A stretch of DNA of 59,175 nt, filler included, from Candidatus Woesearchaeota archaeon (GTDB lineage Archaea; Nanobdellota; Nanobdellia; Woesearchaeales; GCA-2685855): the NCBI GenBank assembly GCA_002685855.1. It is 4 parts of 4 records of this genome, joined end to end, with 100 filler letters (N's around TTAATTAATTAA, not from the genome) between each part and the next. Parts side by side here need not be neighbours in the genome. Positions count along the whole stretch, not along the records: positions 41,358 to 52,485 come from NYYS01000038.1; positions 52,586 to 59,175 come from NYYS01000039.1; 2 more parts are not named here. One strand, given 5' to 3'. The notes under the pieces were generated by a model. It had not been told where the DNA came from. It did no database searches and worked only from the letters and a program-made list of their open reading frames with translations. Shown piece after piece: positions 47,539 to 56,824 of this stretch. The number at the start of each line of letters is the position of its first letter. Within the stretch, counting starts at the first letter, position 1. A program made the translations under genes and the position numbers.

Positions 47539-48756
47539 TCATACACTACTCTTTATTGAATCTGAAATTCTCTGCAAACCCACAAGATAGGCAGCAGTTT
47601 TATAATCAACACCATGCTGTTTCCTTAATTCCTGAACAGATTGAACAGCCTCCTTCATCACCCTTTCCAGCCGACGATCCACCTCATCTTTCTCCCACCC
47701 ACTTCCCTCAATATTCTGCAACCATTCAAAATAACTCACCGTAACCCCTCCTGCATTCGCCAAAACATCAGGTAATATAATAACCTTCTCCTTCAAATAC
47801 CTATACGCTGTTTGCGACAAAGGACCGTTCGCCACCTCCAAAATTACCCGAGCCCGAATCCCCTCCATATTCTCCTTAGTAATAACCCCTCCCAACGATG
47901 CAGGAACCAAAATATCACACTCCTTCAAAAGAAGTAAAGAAGGATCCAATAATTCCGTAGCAGGATATCCAACCAAACTCCCCTTTTCATCCTTCCACTT
48001 CCCTACAGCCGCAACATCCAAACCCTTGCCATCATACAATCCCTGCTTACTATCCGCAATCCCAACAACACAAAACCCTTTCTCATATAACAACTCAGCA
48101 ACCGTTCTCCCTGCATTTCCAAACCCATGAATAACAACATTCCTCCCCTCCATCCCCTCCAGCTCTATAAAACTACACAAAACAATAACCGCACCACGCC
48201 CCGTCGCCCGATCCCTTCCAACAATTCCACCCATAGAAAGCGGCTTTCCCGTAATCATACCCTGACTCTTCCCATAGATATCTTCATACTCCTCAAGCAT
48301 CCACCCCATAACCATCTCATTAGTATATACATCAGGAGCAGGAACATCCTTATCAGGACCTAAATGAGGATGCAATGCCCGAACATAGCTCCGACTCAAC
48401 GCCTCAAGCTCCCGCTCAGATAACACCTTAGGATTAATCCGAACTCCACCCTTTCCCCCACCAAACGGAATATTCATCAACGCACACTTAACACTCATCC
48501 AAGCAGCAAGAGCACGAACCTCAGACTCATCAACCTCAGGATGAAAACGAATTCCCCCCTTATACGGACCCAGAACATTACTATGCTGCACACGAAAGCC
48601 AACAGCACTCCCCAAGCTCCCATTATCCCTTCGAAATAAGAGAGGAACCTCAAGAACACGATCCGGTCGAATAATACGCTCAACAACAGTCCTATCCAAA
48701 CCAAGTATCCTCCCCCCTTCCTCTACAAGTTCAGAAAAGCTGCTAAGATCATTCAT
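47539..48756 (-). CDS. gdhA: Glu/Leu/Phe/Val dehydrogenase (glutamate dehydrogenase)
   Basis: GPYKGGIRFHP, PFGGGKGG, DVPAPD, ITGKP, GFGNAG and NAGGVTVSYFEW. Confidence 0.92.
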   Translation of the reverse strand: MNDLSSFSELVEEGGRILGLDRTVVERIIRPDRVLEVPLLFRRDNGSLGSAVGFRVQHSNVLGPYKGGIRFHPEVDESEVRALAAWMSVKCALMNIPFGGGKGGVRINPKVLSERELEALSRSYVRALHPHLGPDKDVPAPDVYTNEMVMGWMLEEYEDIYGKSQGMITGKPLSMGGIVGRDRATGRGAVIVLCSFIELEGMEGRNVVIHGFGNAGRTVAELLYEKGFCVVGIADSKQGLYDGKGLDVAAVGKWKDEKGSLVGYPATELLDPSLLLLKECDILVPASLGGVITKENMEGIRARVILEVANGPLSQTAYRYLKEKVIILPDVLANAGGVTVSYFEWLQNIEGSGWEKDEVDRRLERVMKEAVQSVQELRKQHGVDYKTAAYLVGLQRISDSIKSSV

Positions 48757-48858
48757 ACCAACCGCAAACCACAATCCTTTTTAAAACTAATCTTAAACAC
48801 CCCAACAAAAAATTAACCCAACCATAACCTTTTTAAACCATCCCCTCCCTATCCTCTC

Positions 48859-48906
48859 ATGTTCAATCCTCTCATCCAACGAATGTATTCTATCATTATT
48901 CAATAG
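48859..48906 (+). promoter_or_regulatory. Putative ileS leader peptide MFNPLIQRMYSIIIQ*
   Basis: TTTTAAA box at 48831-48837 and ATG at 48859. ATC ATT ATT is followed by CAA TAG, 15 nt before the ileS ATG. Confidence 0.62.
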
Positions 48907-48921
48907 AGAGGAGGCCCTCCC

Positions 48922-51900
48922 ATGACCGGCTACACCTTTAAGGAAGTTGAAACCCAGATAACAAAACTCTGGAACACTAACAAGATCTATCAGAAAGCCA
49001 AACAAAAAACCAAAGGAAAAGAACTCTTCTACTTCCTCGACGGCCCACCCTACACCTCCGGAAAAGTCCATCTCGGAACAGCATGGAACAAAGCCCTCAA
49101 AGACCTCATCCTCCGCTATAAACGAATGAACAACTTCGACGTCTGGGATCGAGCCGGCTACGACATGCACGGCCTCCCCACAGCACACGCAGTCCAGAAA
49201 AAACTCAACCTCAAAACAAAAGAAGACATCCTCAAATTCGGCATGGACAACTTCGTGAAAGAATGCATAAAACTCAGCACAGAAAACCTCGCACAGATGA
49301 ACAAAGACTTCCAAAAAGAAGGAGTCTGGATGGACTTTGAAAACGCCTACCAAACAATAGACCCCGAACTCATCGACGGAGAATGGTGGCTCGTAAAAGA
49401 GGCCCATAACAAAAAACGCCTCTACGAAGGACTCAAAACCATGCACTGGTGCTACAACTGCGAAACCAGCCTCGCAAAACACGAACTCGCCTATCAGATA
49501 GTCCATGACGACAGCATCTTTGTCAAATTCCCTGTAAAAGGAAAAGAAAACGAATTCATCATTATCTGGACAACAACACCCTGGACCATCCCCTTCAACC
49601 TCGGCGTCATGGTCCACCCCGAACTCGACTACGTCAAAGCAAAAGTCGACAACGAAATATGGATCGTAGCAAAAGCACTTGCAGCATCATTCATCCAGGG
49701 AGTCGTCGACAAACCCCTCGAAATAATCCAAGAATTCAAAGGACAGGCACTCGAAAACTACGAATACATCCACCCCTTTGAACAGCAACTTAAATCACAC
49801 TACGACGAACTCCGAACAACATCAAAAATTCACAGAGTAGTCTTCAGCACAGAATACGTCGACACATCAGCAGGAACAGGAATCGTACATATGGCACCCG
49901 GCTGCGGCCCCGAAGACTTCGAAGTCGGACACCGAAACAAGATCCCTGCATACAACACCCTCTCAGAAGATGGCCACTACCCAGAAAACTACGGAAACTT
50001 CAGCAAGTTCCACGCAAAAAAAGACAACGCCAAATTCACAGAAGAACTCAAAAAACTCGGCGCCCTCATCACAACAACAAAGGTAGAACACGACTACGCC
50101 TTCTGCGATCGCTGCAAAAACCCGATCATCTACAGAACAACAAAACAATGGTTCTTCAAAGTAGAAGACATAAAAGAGAAGATGCTCGAATTCAATAAAG
50201 AGATCTCTTGGGTTCCACAAACAGCACACAACGCATTCAACAGTTGGCTCTCCAATCTTCGCGACAACGGAATAACCCGGCAAACATACTGGGGGACACC
50301 TGCACCAATCTGGAGATGTGATTCCTGCACAGAAATAGAAGTCATAGGAAGCATACAAGAACTCAAAGAAAAAGCAACAAAAAAACTCCCCGCCAACATC
50401 CACAAACCCTGGATAGACAACGTAAAACTATCCTGTAAATGTGGAAAAACTATGACTAGAATACCAGACATCCTTGATGTCTGGGTTGACGCAGGCGTAA
50501 CAAGCTGGACATCCCTCGGATTCCCCCGGCAGAAAGAGCTCTTCAACAAACTCTTCCCTGCCGACTTTATCCTCGAAGGAAAAGACCAGATACGAGGCTG
50601 GTTCAACCTTCTCATGGTAGCCAGCATACTAGGACATGACAAACCCTCATTCAAAGCAGTCTACATGCACGGCTTTATCAACGACGCACAAGGAAGAAAG
50701 ATGTCCAAAAGCCTCGGCAACTACATCCTCCCCGCTGAAGTCTATGATGAATTTGGTGTAGACACCTTCCGCTACTACAGCATAGGCTGTGCCAACCCTG
50801 GAATGGACATGAACTATAATAAAGAGGATGTTCTCATGCGACATAGAAACCTGATGGTACTATGGAACCTCCACACCTACCTACTCAACCTCATCGAACA
50901 ACACAACCTTCATCCCAAACCCCTAGACAAAGCCACCCTAGCAGTAGAAGAAAGATTCATCCTCTCACTCGTTGAGACAACAAAAAAAGAACTCACAAAC
51001 AACCTCAACAACTACAGACTAAACACAGCTCCAGACCTCATCGAACAGCTCTACCTTGAAATATCCCGCACCTACATCCAATTCGTAAGAGAAAAAGCAA
51101 CCAACGGATCAACAAAAGAGAAACAAGCAGTCATCAACACCCTCTTCAAGGCTCTTTACGACACAATACAAATGTTCTCAATAGTCTGCCCATTCATAAC
51201 AGAATCAATCTATCAAAACCTAAAACAACCCTGCAAACTTAAAGAGGAATCAATACACCTCACAGAATGGCCACAACCCAATGAAGAATACATCGACGTC
51301 GTCCTCGAAGAATCACTTAAAGCAGCACAAGAACTCATCGGAGCAATACTCTCTGCACGAGACAAAGCAAAAATTGGCGTACGTTGGCCCCTACCCAACG
51401 TAACAATTGAATGCAATCAGGCACTCCAACAAGCCCTAGAACAACATCTATCCCTCATCCAAAACCAGACAAACATAAAAAAAATAACCTTTGATAATCT
51501 CAACCTCACCTATGCCATAACTCCAAACACCCGAACCATAGGAAAAGAATTCGGGCACGACACAGCAGAAATAATAGAGCTCATACAACAAAACCAAAAA
51601 CCCCTCAACCACGCAATAAAAAACAACGAAACAATAATCCTAAAAAAACACACCTTGAAAAAAGAACACTTCCAACTCGAACCAAACACACCAGAACAAA
51701 AAAGCTACAGCGCATTCAAAGGAGGAGAACTCCTTCTCCACACAGAACAATCCGAAGAACTCCTCAAAGAAGGCTACCTTCGAGAACTCATCAGAAGAAT
51801 ACAGTCACTCAGGAAAAAAGCAGGACTCAAAAAAAGCAACACAGTAATTCTTTCACTCGCAGGAGACCTCGACCTCTCCAAAGAACTAGAATCCCAAAAA

Positions 51901-52017
51901 AACAAAATAGGCGTAACCCAGATAACCTTTGCAAAAACACTCAACAAATCAGAACACTCATCAAAAGAAAAAATAAAAGAAAAAGAGTTTCAGATCGGAA
52001 TAACCCAAACCTCCTAA
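48922..52017 (+). CDS. ileS: Isoleucyl-tRNA synthetase
   Basis: DGPPYTSG, HLGT (HIGH variant), WTTTPWT, GTGIVHMAPG, EGKDQIRGWF and KMSKS. Confidence 0.97.
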   Translation: MTGYTFKEVETQITKLWNTNKIYQKAKQKTKGKELFYFLDGPPYTSGKVHLGTAWNKALKDLILRYKRMNNFDVWDRAGYDMHGLPTAHAVQKKLNLKTKEDILKFGMDNFVKECIKLSTENLAQMNKDFQKEGVWMDFENAYQTIDPELIDGEWWLVKEAHNKKRLYEGLKTMHWCYNCETSLAKHELAYQIVHDDSIFVKFPVKGKENEFIIIWTTTPWTIPFNLGVMVHPELDYVKAKVDNEIWIVAKALAASFIQGVVDKPLEIIQEFKGQALENYEYIHPFEQQLKSHYDELRTTSKIHRVVFSTEYVDTSAGTGIVHMAPGCGPEDFEVGHRNKIPAYNTLSEDGHYPENYGNFSKFHAKKDNAKFTEELKKLGALITTTKVEHDYAFCDRCKNPIIYRTTKQWFFKVEDIKEKMLEFNKEISWVPQTAHNAFNSWLSNLRDNGITRQTYWGTPAPIWRCDSCTEIEVIGSIQELKEKATKKLPANIHKPWIDNVKLSCKCGKTMTRIPDILDVWVDAGVTSWTSLGFPRQKELFNKLFPADFILEGKDQIRGWFNLLMVASILGHDKPSFKAVYMHGFINDAQGRKMSKSLGNYILPAEVYDEFGVDTFRYYSIGCANPGMDMNYNKEDVLMRHRNLMVLWNLHTYLLNLIEQHNLHPKPLDKATLAVEERFILSLVETTKKELTNNLNNYRLNTAPDLIEQLYLEISRTYIQFVREKATNGSTKEKQAVINTLFKALYDTIQMFSIVCPFITESIYQNLKQPCKLKEESIHLTEWPQPNEEYIDVVLEESLKAAQELIGAILSARDKAKIGVRWPLPNVTIECNQALQQALEQHLSLIQNQTNIKKITFDNLNLTYAITPNTRTIGKEFGHDTAEIIELIQQNQKPLNHAIKNNETIILKKHTLKKEHFQLEPNTPEQKSYSAFKGGELLLHTEQSEELLKEGYLRELIRRIQSLRKKAGLKKSNTVILSLAGDLDLSKELESQKNKIGVTQITFAKTLNKSEHSSKEKIKEKEFQIGITQTS

Positions 52018-52132
52018 ACTCTCCATCGAAAAAAATCTTCTAACGTATTCATCCAGAACAGTTCCTTCCTATTCTCAGTGCTCTCACTATAAAACCTTTC
52101 AAGATCACCTTTCCTCTTCATACAATCACCTC

Positions 52133-52375
52133 CTAGAACGGACAGATCTTCCGCTTACGTATCTCTTTCTGGGACATCTCCTCAAGCTCCTCAAACGTAA
52201 GGATAACTCCCTCACCATCTTTAAAGAGCTGATCATGACTCGATCCAAGCACCTTTTTCCAGTCAACCTGTAAATCCTCTTCTTCCTCTATCAAAGGATC
52301 TCCCCAATCATCTCTGTATATACTATCGCTATCTTCTACAACTTCTTCAAAAAATCCATTTTTTCTTCCATACAT
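52133..52375 (-). CDS. Small acidic hypothetical protein
   Basis: 80 aa with a GGGGTGA RBS. Confidence 0.55.
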   Translation of the reverse strand: MYGRKNGFFEEVVEDSDSIYRDDWGDPLIEEEEDLQVDWKKVLGSSHDQLFKDGEGVILTFEELEEMSQKEIRKRKICPF

Positions 52376-52485
52376 CTCTATCACCCCTTTAAACATATAT
52401 CAATAGAGATAACACTAAAAAACATATATAATTTTGCTGTCCATTATGCATATGCATATAGATATCTATATTTATACTATTTATG

Positions 52486-52585
52486 NNNNNNNNNNNNNNN
52501 NNNNNNNNNNNNNNNNNNNNNNNNNNNNNTTAATTAATTAANNNNNNNNNNNNNNNNNNNNNNNNNNNNNNNNNNNNNNNNNNNN
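52486..52585. other. Artificial contig linker
   Basis: 44N-TTAATTAATTAA-44N. Confidence 0.98.
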
Positions 52586-52709
52586 AAGATTGGCTGACAG
52601 CCTATCCAGTTGCAAGGGAACGGTTCCATTTATTTTTCAACTACGGCATCCTCGAGACGCCTGCCACAGAATAAAAAGAAGGTAGATTTAGAAGCAAGAG
52701 GTACCCCCA

Positions 52710-53156
52710 ATGTGTAAACTAGAGTATAAAGCAGTAATCCAGATAGAAGAAGCTGAAGGAATGCCAAACCATTATGAAGCGTGTGTTGGCGAAACAGAAC
52801 TCAAAGCAGCAGGTGTGAAAAACACCTTTCCATTTTCCAGGATCTACCACACACTTGTTGAACAAGAAGGAAGAAGATTTCTACGTCCTGTTGTTGACTC
52901 CAAAAAAAGAGGAAAACTTGAGTTTAGCAACGACAGTGTGGAACTCGGCATACTCGTAAGGAAAGCTGTTCCTTCGGTTCCCCAGCCAGGTCAAAAGATG
53001 CGATACTGGCACGGATCAATTCGAGAAGATATCAAACAAGTAGTCGCAGTTGTCGAAGACCCCGACTTTGAACCTGTACTTATCTTTCACGGCGATAATA
53101 GAGGAACCTATGATCTGGTATACCTGGGAGATGCATATCCCTTACAAAGAGATTAG
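52710..53156 (+). CDS. Hypothetical protein
   Basis: 148-aa ORF with a GAGGT RBS. Confidence 0.6.
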   Translation: MCKLEYKAVIQIEEAEGMPNHYEACVGETELKAAGVKNTFPFSRIYHTLVEQEGRRFLRPVVDSKKRGKLEFSNDSVELGILVRKAVPSVPQPGQKMRYWHGSIREDIKQVVAVVEDPDFEPVLIFHGDNRGTYDLVYLGDAYPLQRD

Positions 53157-53265
53157 TAAGACTTAGCTCTTTTATCATCCACAGCAGTTAATTTCCAACC
53201 AATAAAATAACCCACAAAACATCCATCAAAAAAGAACTAAGTAGTAAGCCCCTCTCCTCCCAGAA

Positions 53266-53371
53266 TCTCCATCGGAAACAAAGGGGTCTTTTTTGTATAC
53301 TGGTGCCCCCAAAGTAGCTAATTTTGAGCCTCAGACACTAAAAACCCCTTCTCCAAAGGAAATAGAAGGGC
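53266..53371 (+). promoter_or_regulatory. Two ORB-like boxes, candidate replication origin
   Basis: TCTCCATCGGAAACAAAGGGGT (53266-53287) and TCTCCAAAGGAAATAGAAGGGC (53350-53371) resemble the TCCAnnGGAAA plus G-string ORB pattern. Confidence 0.55.
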
Positions 53372-53533
53372 TTCTACTCCCCCAATATAGAGGTTTAAAG
53401 GATTTCATCCCACAACAAAAGTATTTATAAAGGATAACTGATTCCTATTTATAAAGAGGAGTACGACGGCTCCCATCACCACATCACACATCACTCATGC
53501 TCTCCGCATAAGACGGAGGAGGGGGTAGATAGA

Positions 53534-54103
53534 ATGGCCCAAAAGGCAAAAACCGAAACAAACGAAAATGGAGTTCGAGTAGAAGTGGTTAATATCGTCG
53601 TTTCTACAAGTCTTGAACACGATATTCCATTGGAAAAAATGGCAGCTACGCTGTCCAACACAGAGTATAATCCTGAGCAGTTTCCAGGATTGGTGATCCG
53701 TATTAAGGACCCGAAGACCTCTGCACTGATTTTCAGTTCTGGAAAAGTCGTCTGTACCGGTGCTCGAAGCATGGATAAGGTCGACGAGTCTCTAAAGAAG
53801 ATTATTGAAAGCCTGGAAAAGATAGGTATCAAGATCAAGATCAAACCAAAAATAATTGTCCAAAACATTGTTGCATCCGGCAGCATCGGCATGGATCTCA
53901 ATCTGAATACACTTGCTATGAAGCTGGATAACACAGAGTATGAACCTGAGCAGTTTCCTGGACTTGTTTACAAGTTAATGGAAGCAAAGGCAACATTCCT
54001 TCTCTTTAGTAATGGAAAGGTTGTTTGCACAGGTACCAAGTCTGAAGAACAAGCGCATGCAGCTCTGGACAAGCTCGTAGTCATTCTCAAGAACGTAAAG
54101 TGA
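53534..54103 (+). CDS. tbp: TATA-box binding protein
   Basis: Two repeats: NIVVS...EYNPEQFPGL...LIFSSGKVVCTG and NIVAS...EYEPEQFPGL...LLFSNGKVVCTG. Confidence 0.98.
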   Translation: MAQKAKTETNENGVRVEVVNIVVSTSLEHDIPLEKMAATLSNTEYNPEQFPGLVIRIKDPKTSALIFSSGKVVCTGARSMDKVDESLKKIIESLEKIGIKIKIKPKIIVQNIVASGSIGMDLNLNTLAMKLDNTEYEPEQFPGLVYKLMEAKATFLLFSNGKVVCTGTKSEEQAHAALDKLVVILKNVK

Positions 54104-54104
54104 A

Positions 54105-56126
54105 ATGGAAGCTTCAGAGATTATTGAAGTATTTCAGCACTTTCTTGAAGAAACCTATTCAGAAAGATTGCTTGATGCACTTCGCAAGGATCAAAAATCC
54201 CTTAACCTAGCATTCTCAGAGCTCTCTCTGTTTAATCCAGACCTTGCCGACCTCCTCCTGGATCAACCAGATGATGTTTTGAGAAGTTTTGAACTTGCAG
54301 TAGAAGGAATGAACCTTGAAGGTGATCTAAAAGGATTCAAAGTAAGAATATTTGGTTTACCGGATTCTCAACATCTCCAAATAAAAAACATCAGAAGCAA
54401 ACACATTGGGAAATTTATTCAGATGGATGGGATTATTCGCCAAAAATCCGATGTCCGCCCCCAGGTTACTGCTGCACGCTATGAATGCCCAAGCTGCGGT
54501 AATATTCTTAACATTATTCAGCTCGAACAAAAATTTAAAGAACCAACCCGATGCAGCTGTGGCAGAAAAGGCAAGTTTCGTATGCTTGACAAAGAACTTG
54601 TTGATGCGCAGAAAATTGTTCTTGAAGAATCTCCTGAAACTCTTGAGGGATCTGCACAGGCAAAACGTCTTGACGTTTTTTTAAAAAATGATCTTGTATC
54701 TCCTCTTTCCGAAAGAAAAACAAACCCCGGAGCCAAGATCCAGATAACCGGCCAGATTAAAGAGGTTCCGATCATGCTTGCACATGGAGGACAATCAACC
54801 CGTTTCGATCTGATCAACGAAGTAAACCATATCGAGCCCATCTTTGAGGACTTTACCGAAGTTACCATTTCAAAAGAAGACCTAAAAAAAATAAAAGAGA
54901 CATCACAAGATCCAAAGATATACCAGAAGCTTACATCAAGCATGGCTCCAGGAATCTATGGACACGATAAAGTCAAGGAAGCACTTCTTCTCCAGCTTTT
55001 TGGCGGCGTAAAAAAAGAAAGAGAAGATGGCGTTACAACAAGGGGAGATATGCATATTTTGTTAATAGGAGATCCGGGAAGTGGTAAAAGTCAGTTACTT
55101 AAACGCATCGAAGCAGTAGCTCCAAAATGCAGATATGTTTCTGGGAAAGGTGCGTCGGGTGCAGGCCTTACCGCCACTGTTGTAAAAGATGAATTCCTAC
55201 GAGGCTGGGCACTCGAGGCAGGAGCTCTTGTTCTCGCAAACAAAGGGCTTGTCTGTATCGACGAGTTGGATAAGATGAGCAGAGATGACACAAGTTCGAT
55301 GCACGAAGCCATGGAGCAACAGTCGATCAGTATCAGTAAAGCAAACATCCAGGCAACACTTCGCTGTGAAACAACCATTCTTGCTGCAGCCAATCCAAAG
55401 TTTGGCCGGTTTGACCCGTATGAAATATTAGCAAAACAGATCGACCTTCCTTCTACGCTTATTAACAGGTTCGATCTCATTTTCCCTATACGCGATCTTC
55501 CCAGCCAGGAAAAAGATGAAGCACTAGCATCTTTCATCTTGGAACTTCATAAAACACACGAGTTAGAAGAAGCTCCTTTTAAAGGAGATTTCATAAAAAA
55601 ATATGTTGCCTACGCCCGCCAAAATTTATCGCCACGACTTTCTGATGAGGCATTAGAAGAAATAAAACGCTACTATGTAAAGATGCGTAACCAAGGAGGA
55701 GCAGAAGAAGGAGCAGTTCATGCAATCCCTATCTCTGCACGACAACTCGAAGCAATGGTGCGTCTGGCAGAAGCATCAGCCCGAACACGGCTCTCAAAAA
55801 AAGTCTCAAAAAAAGATGCACGACGCGCCATCGAACTTACCCACTTCTGTCTTGCACAGATCGGTGTTGATCCGGAAACAGGAAAGATCGACATCGACAG
55901 AATCACCACAGGAATTTCCGCATCGCAACGAAGCCACATCGTTACAGTAAAAGAGATCATTAACGAACTCGAAAAAGCAATAGGAAAGATTATTCCTGTT
56001 GAAGACGTTGTCAGAGAAGCAAAAACAAAAGGACTCGAAGAAGAAAAAGTTGATGAAGTTGTAGAAAAACTAAAACGAAGTGGAGACCTCTTTCAACCAC
56101 GCCCAGGATTCATCAGCAAAATTTGA
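54105..56126 (+). CDS. mcm: MCM replicative helicase
   Basis: CPSC/CSC Zn site, GDPGSGKS, IDELDKM, AANPKFGRF, INRFDL and ARQLE. No intein seen. Confidence 0.97.
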   Translation: MEASEIIEVFQHFLEETYSERLLDALRKDQKSLNLAFSELSLFNPDLADLLLDQPDDVLRSFELAVEGMNLEGDLKGFKVRIFGLPDSQHLQIKNIRSKHIGKFIQMDGIIRQKSDVRPQVTAARYECPSCGNILNIIQLEQKFKEPTRCSCGRKGKFRMLDKELVDAQKIVLEESPETLEGSAQAKRLDVFLKNDLVSPLSERKTNPGAKIQITGQIKEVPIMLAHGGQSTRFDLINEVNHIEPIFEDFTEVTISKEDLKKIKETSQDPKIYQKLTSSMAPGIYGHDKVKEALLLQLFGGVKKEREDGVTTRGDMHILLIGDPGSGKSQLLKRIEAVAPKCRYVSGKGASGAGLTATVVKDEFLRGWALEAGALVLANKGLVCIDELDKMSRDDTSSMHEAMEQQSISISKANIQATLRCETTILAAANPKFGRFDPYEILAKQIDLPSTLINRFDLIFPIRDLPSQEKDEALASFILELHKTHELEEAPFKGDFIKKYVAYARQNLSPRLSDEALEEIKRYYVKMRNQGGAEEGAVHAIPISARQLEAMVRLAEASARTRLSKKVSKKDARRAIELTHFCLAQIGVDPETGKIDIDRITTGISASQRSHIVTVKEIINELEKAIGKIIPVEDVVREAKTKGLEEEKVDEVVEKLKRSGDLFQPRPGFISKI

Positions 56127-56128
56127 AA

Positions 56129-56824
56129 ATGGCATTTGAACGAACAACAGCAATAAAATGTTCTGTAAAAGAATTGCTAGATGGCTCTTTCATCAAACAA
56201 GAGGGATGGCAGTCAAGTTACATTCAAACAAGCCAAGGAAAAATATATAGAATCAATCTTGTTGCAACCGTAGTCGGAAAAGACACAGAAACAGCAATCA
56301 GAGTTGATGACGGAACCGGCACAATAAATCTCCGTTCCTTCTCCGGACCTCTCGAATGCAATATTGGAGACATTGTTTCAATTATTTGTTGGCCACGTTT
56401 ATTTGAAGATCAACTCTACCTTGTTCCGGAAATTCTTAAACCAACAACAAAGGACTGGTTCCAACTCAGGAAAAAAGAACTACAGCTTCTTTATGGACAG
56501 ATAGAAGAAAACCAACATCCAAACATCGAAAAAGAAAACCAGAAAACCCCCCCAAAAGAGATCACAACAAAAGAGATAAAGAAAGAGGAAGTAAAAGAAG
56601 ATCCTGCTCAGAAAGAAGATGCCCTCCTGGAAGAAGAAGTCATAGAAAACTATGGTGATAAACTTATCACACTCATCAAAGAGCTTGATGACGGAAAAGG
56701 TGCAGACATTGAAAGCGTAATCGAAAAAGCCCAGATGAAAAACGTGGAAAAACTTCTTGAAAACATGATATTAGAAGGGGAAATCTTTGAGCTCCGACCC
56801 GGAAAGGTAAAAGGTTTAGAGTGA
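56129..56824 (+). CDS. RPA32-like OB-fold protein with C-terminal winged helix
   Basis: RINLVATVV, VDDGTGTI and LEGEIFELRPG. Confidence 0.85.
   Translation: MAFERTTAIKCSVKELLDGSFIKQEGWQSSYIQTSQGKIYRINLVATVVGKDTETAIRVDDGTGTINLRSFSGPLECNIGDIVSIICWPRLFEDQLYLVPEILKPTTKDWFQLRKKELQLLYGQIEENQHPNIEKENQKTPPKEITTKEIKKEEVKEDPAQKEDALLEEEVIENYGDKLITLIKELDDGKGADIESVIEKAQMKNVEKLLENMILEGEIFELRPGKVKGLE

Noticed and set aside
52588..52674. Possible 3' end of a CDS at the contig start
   Set aside because: Only 28 codons, too short to support a call.
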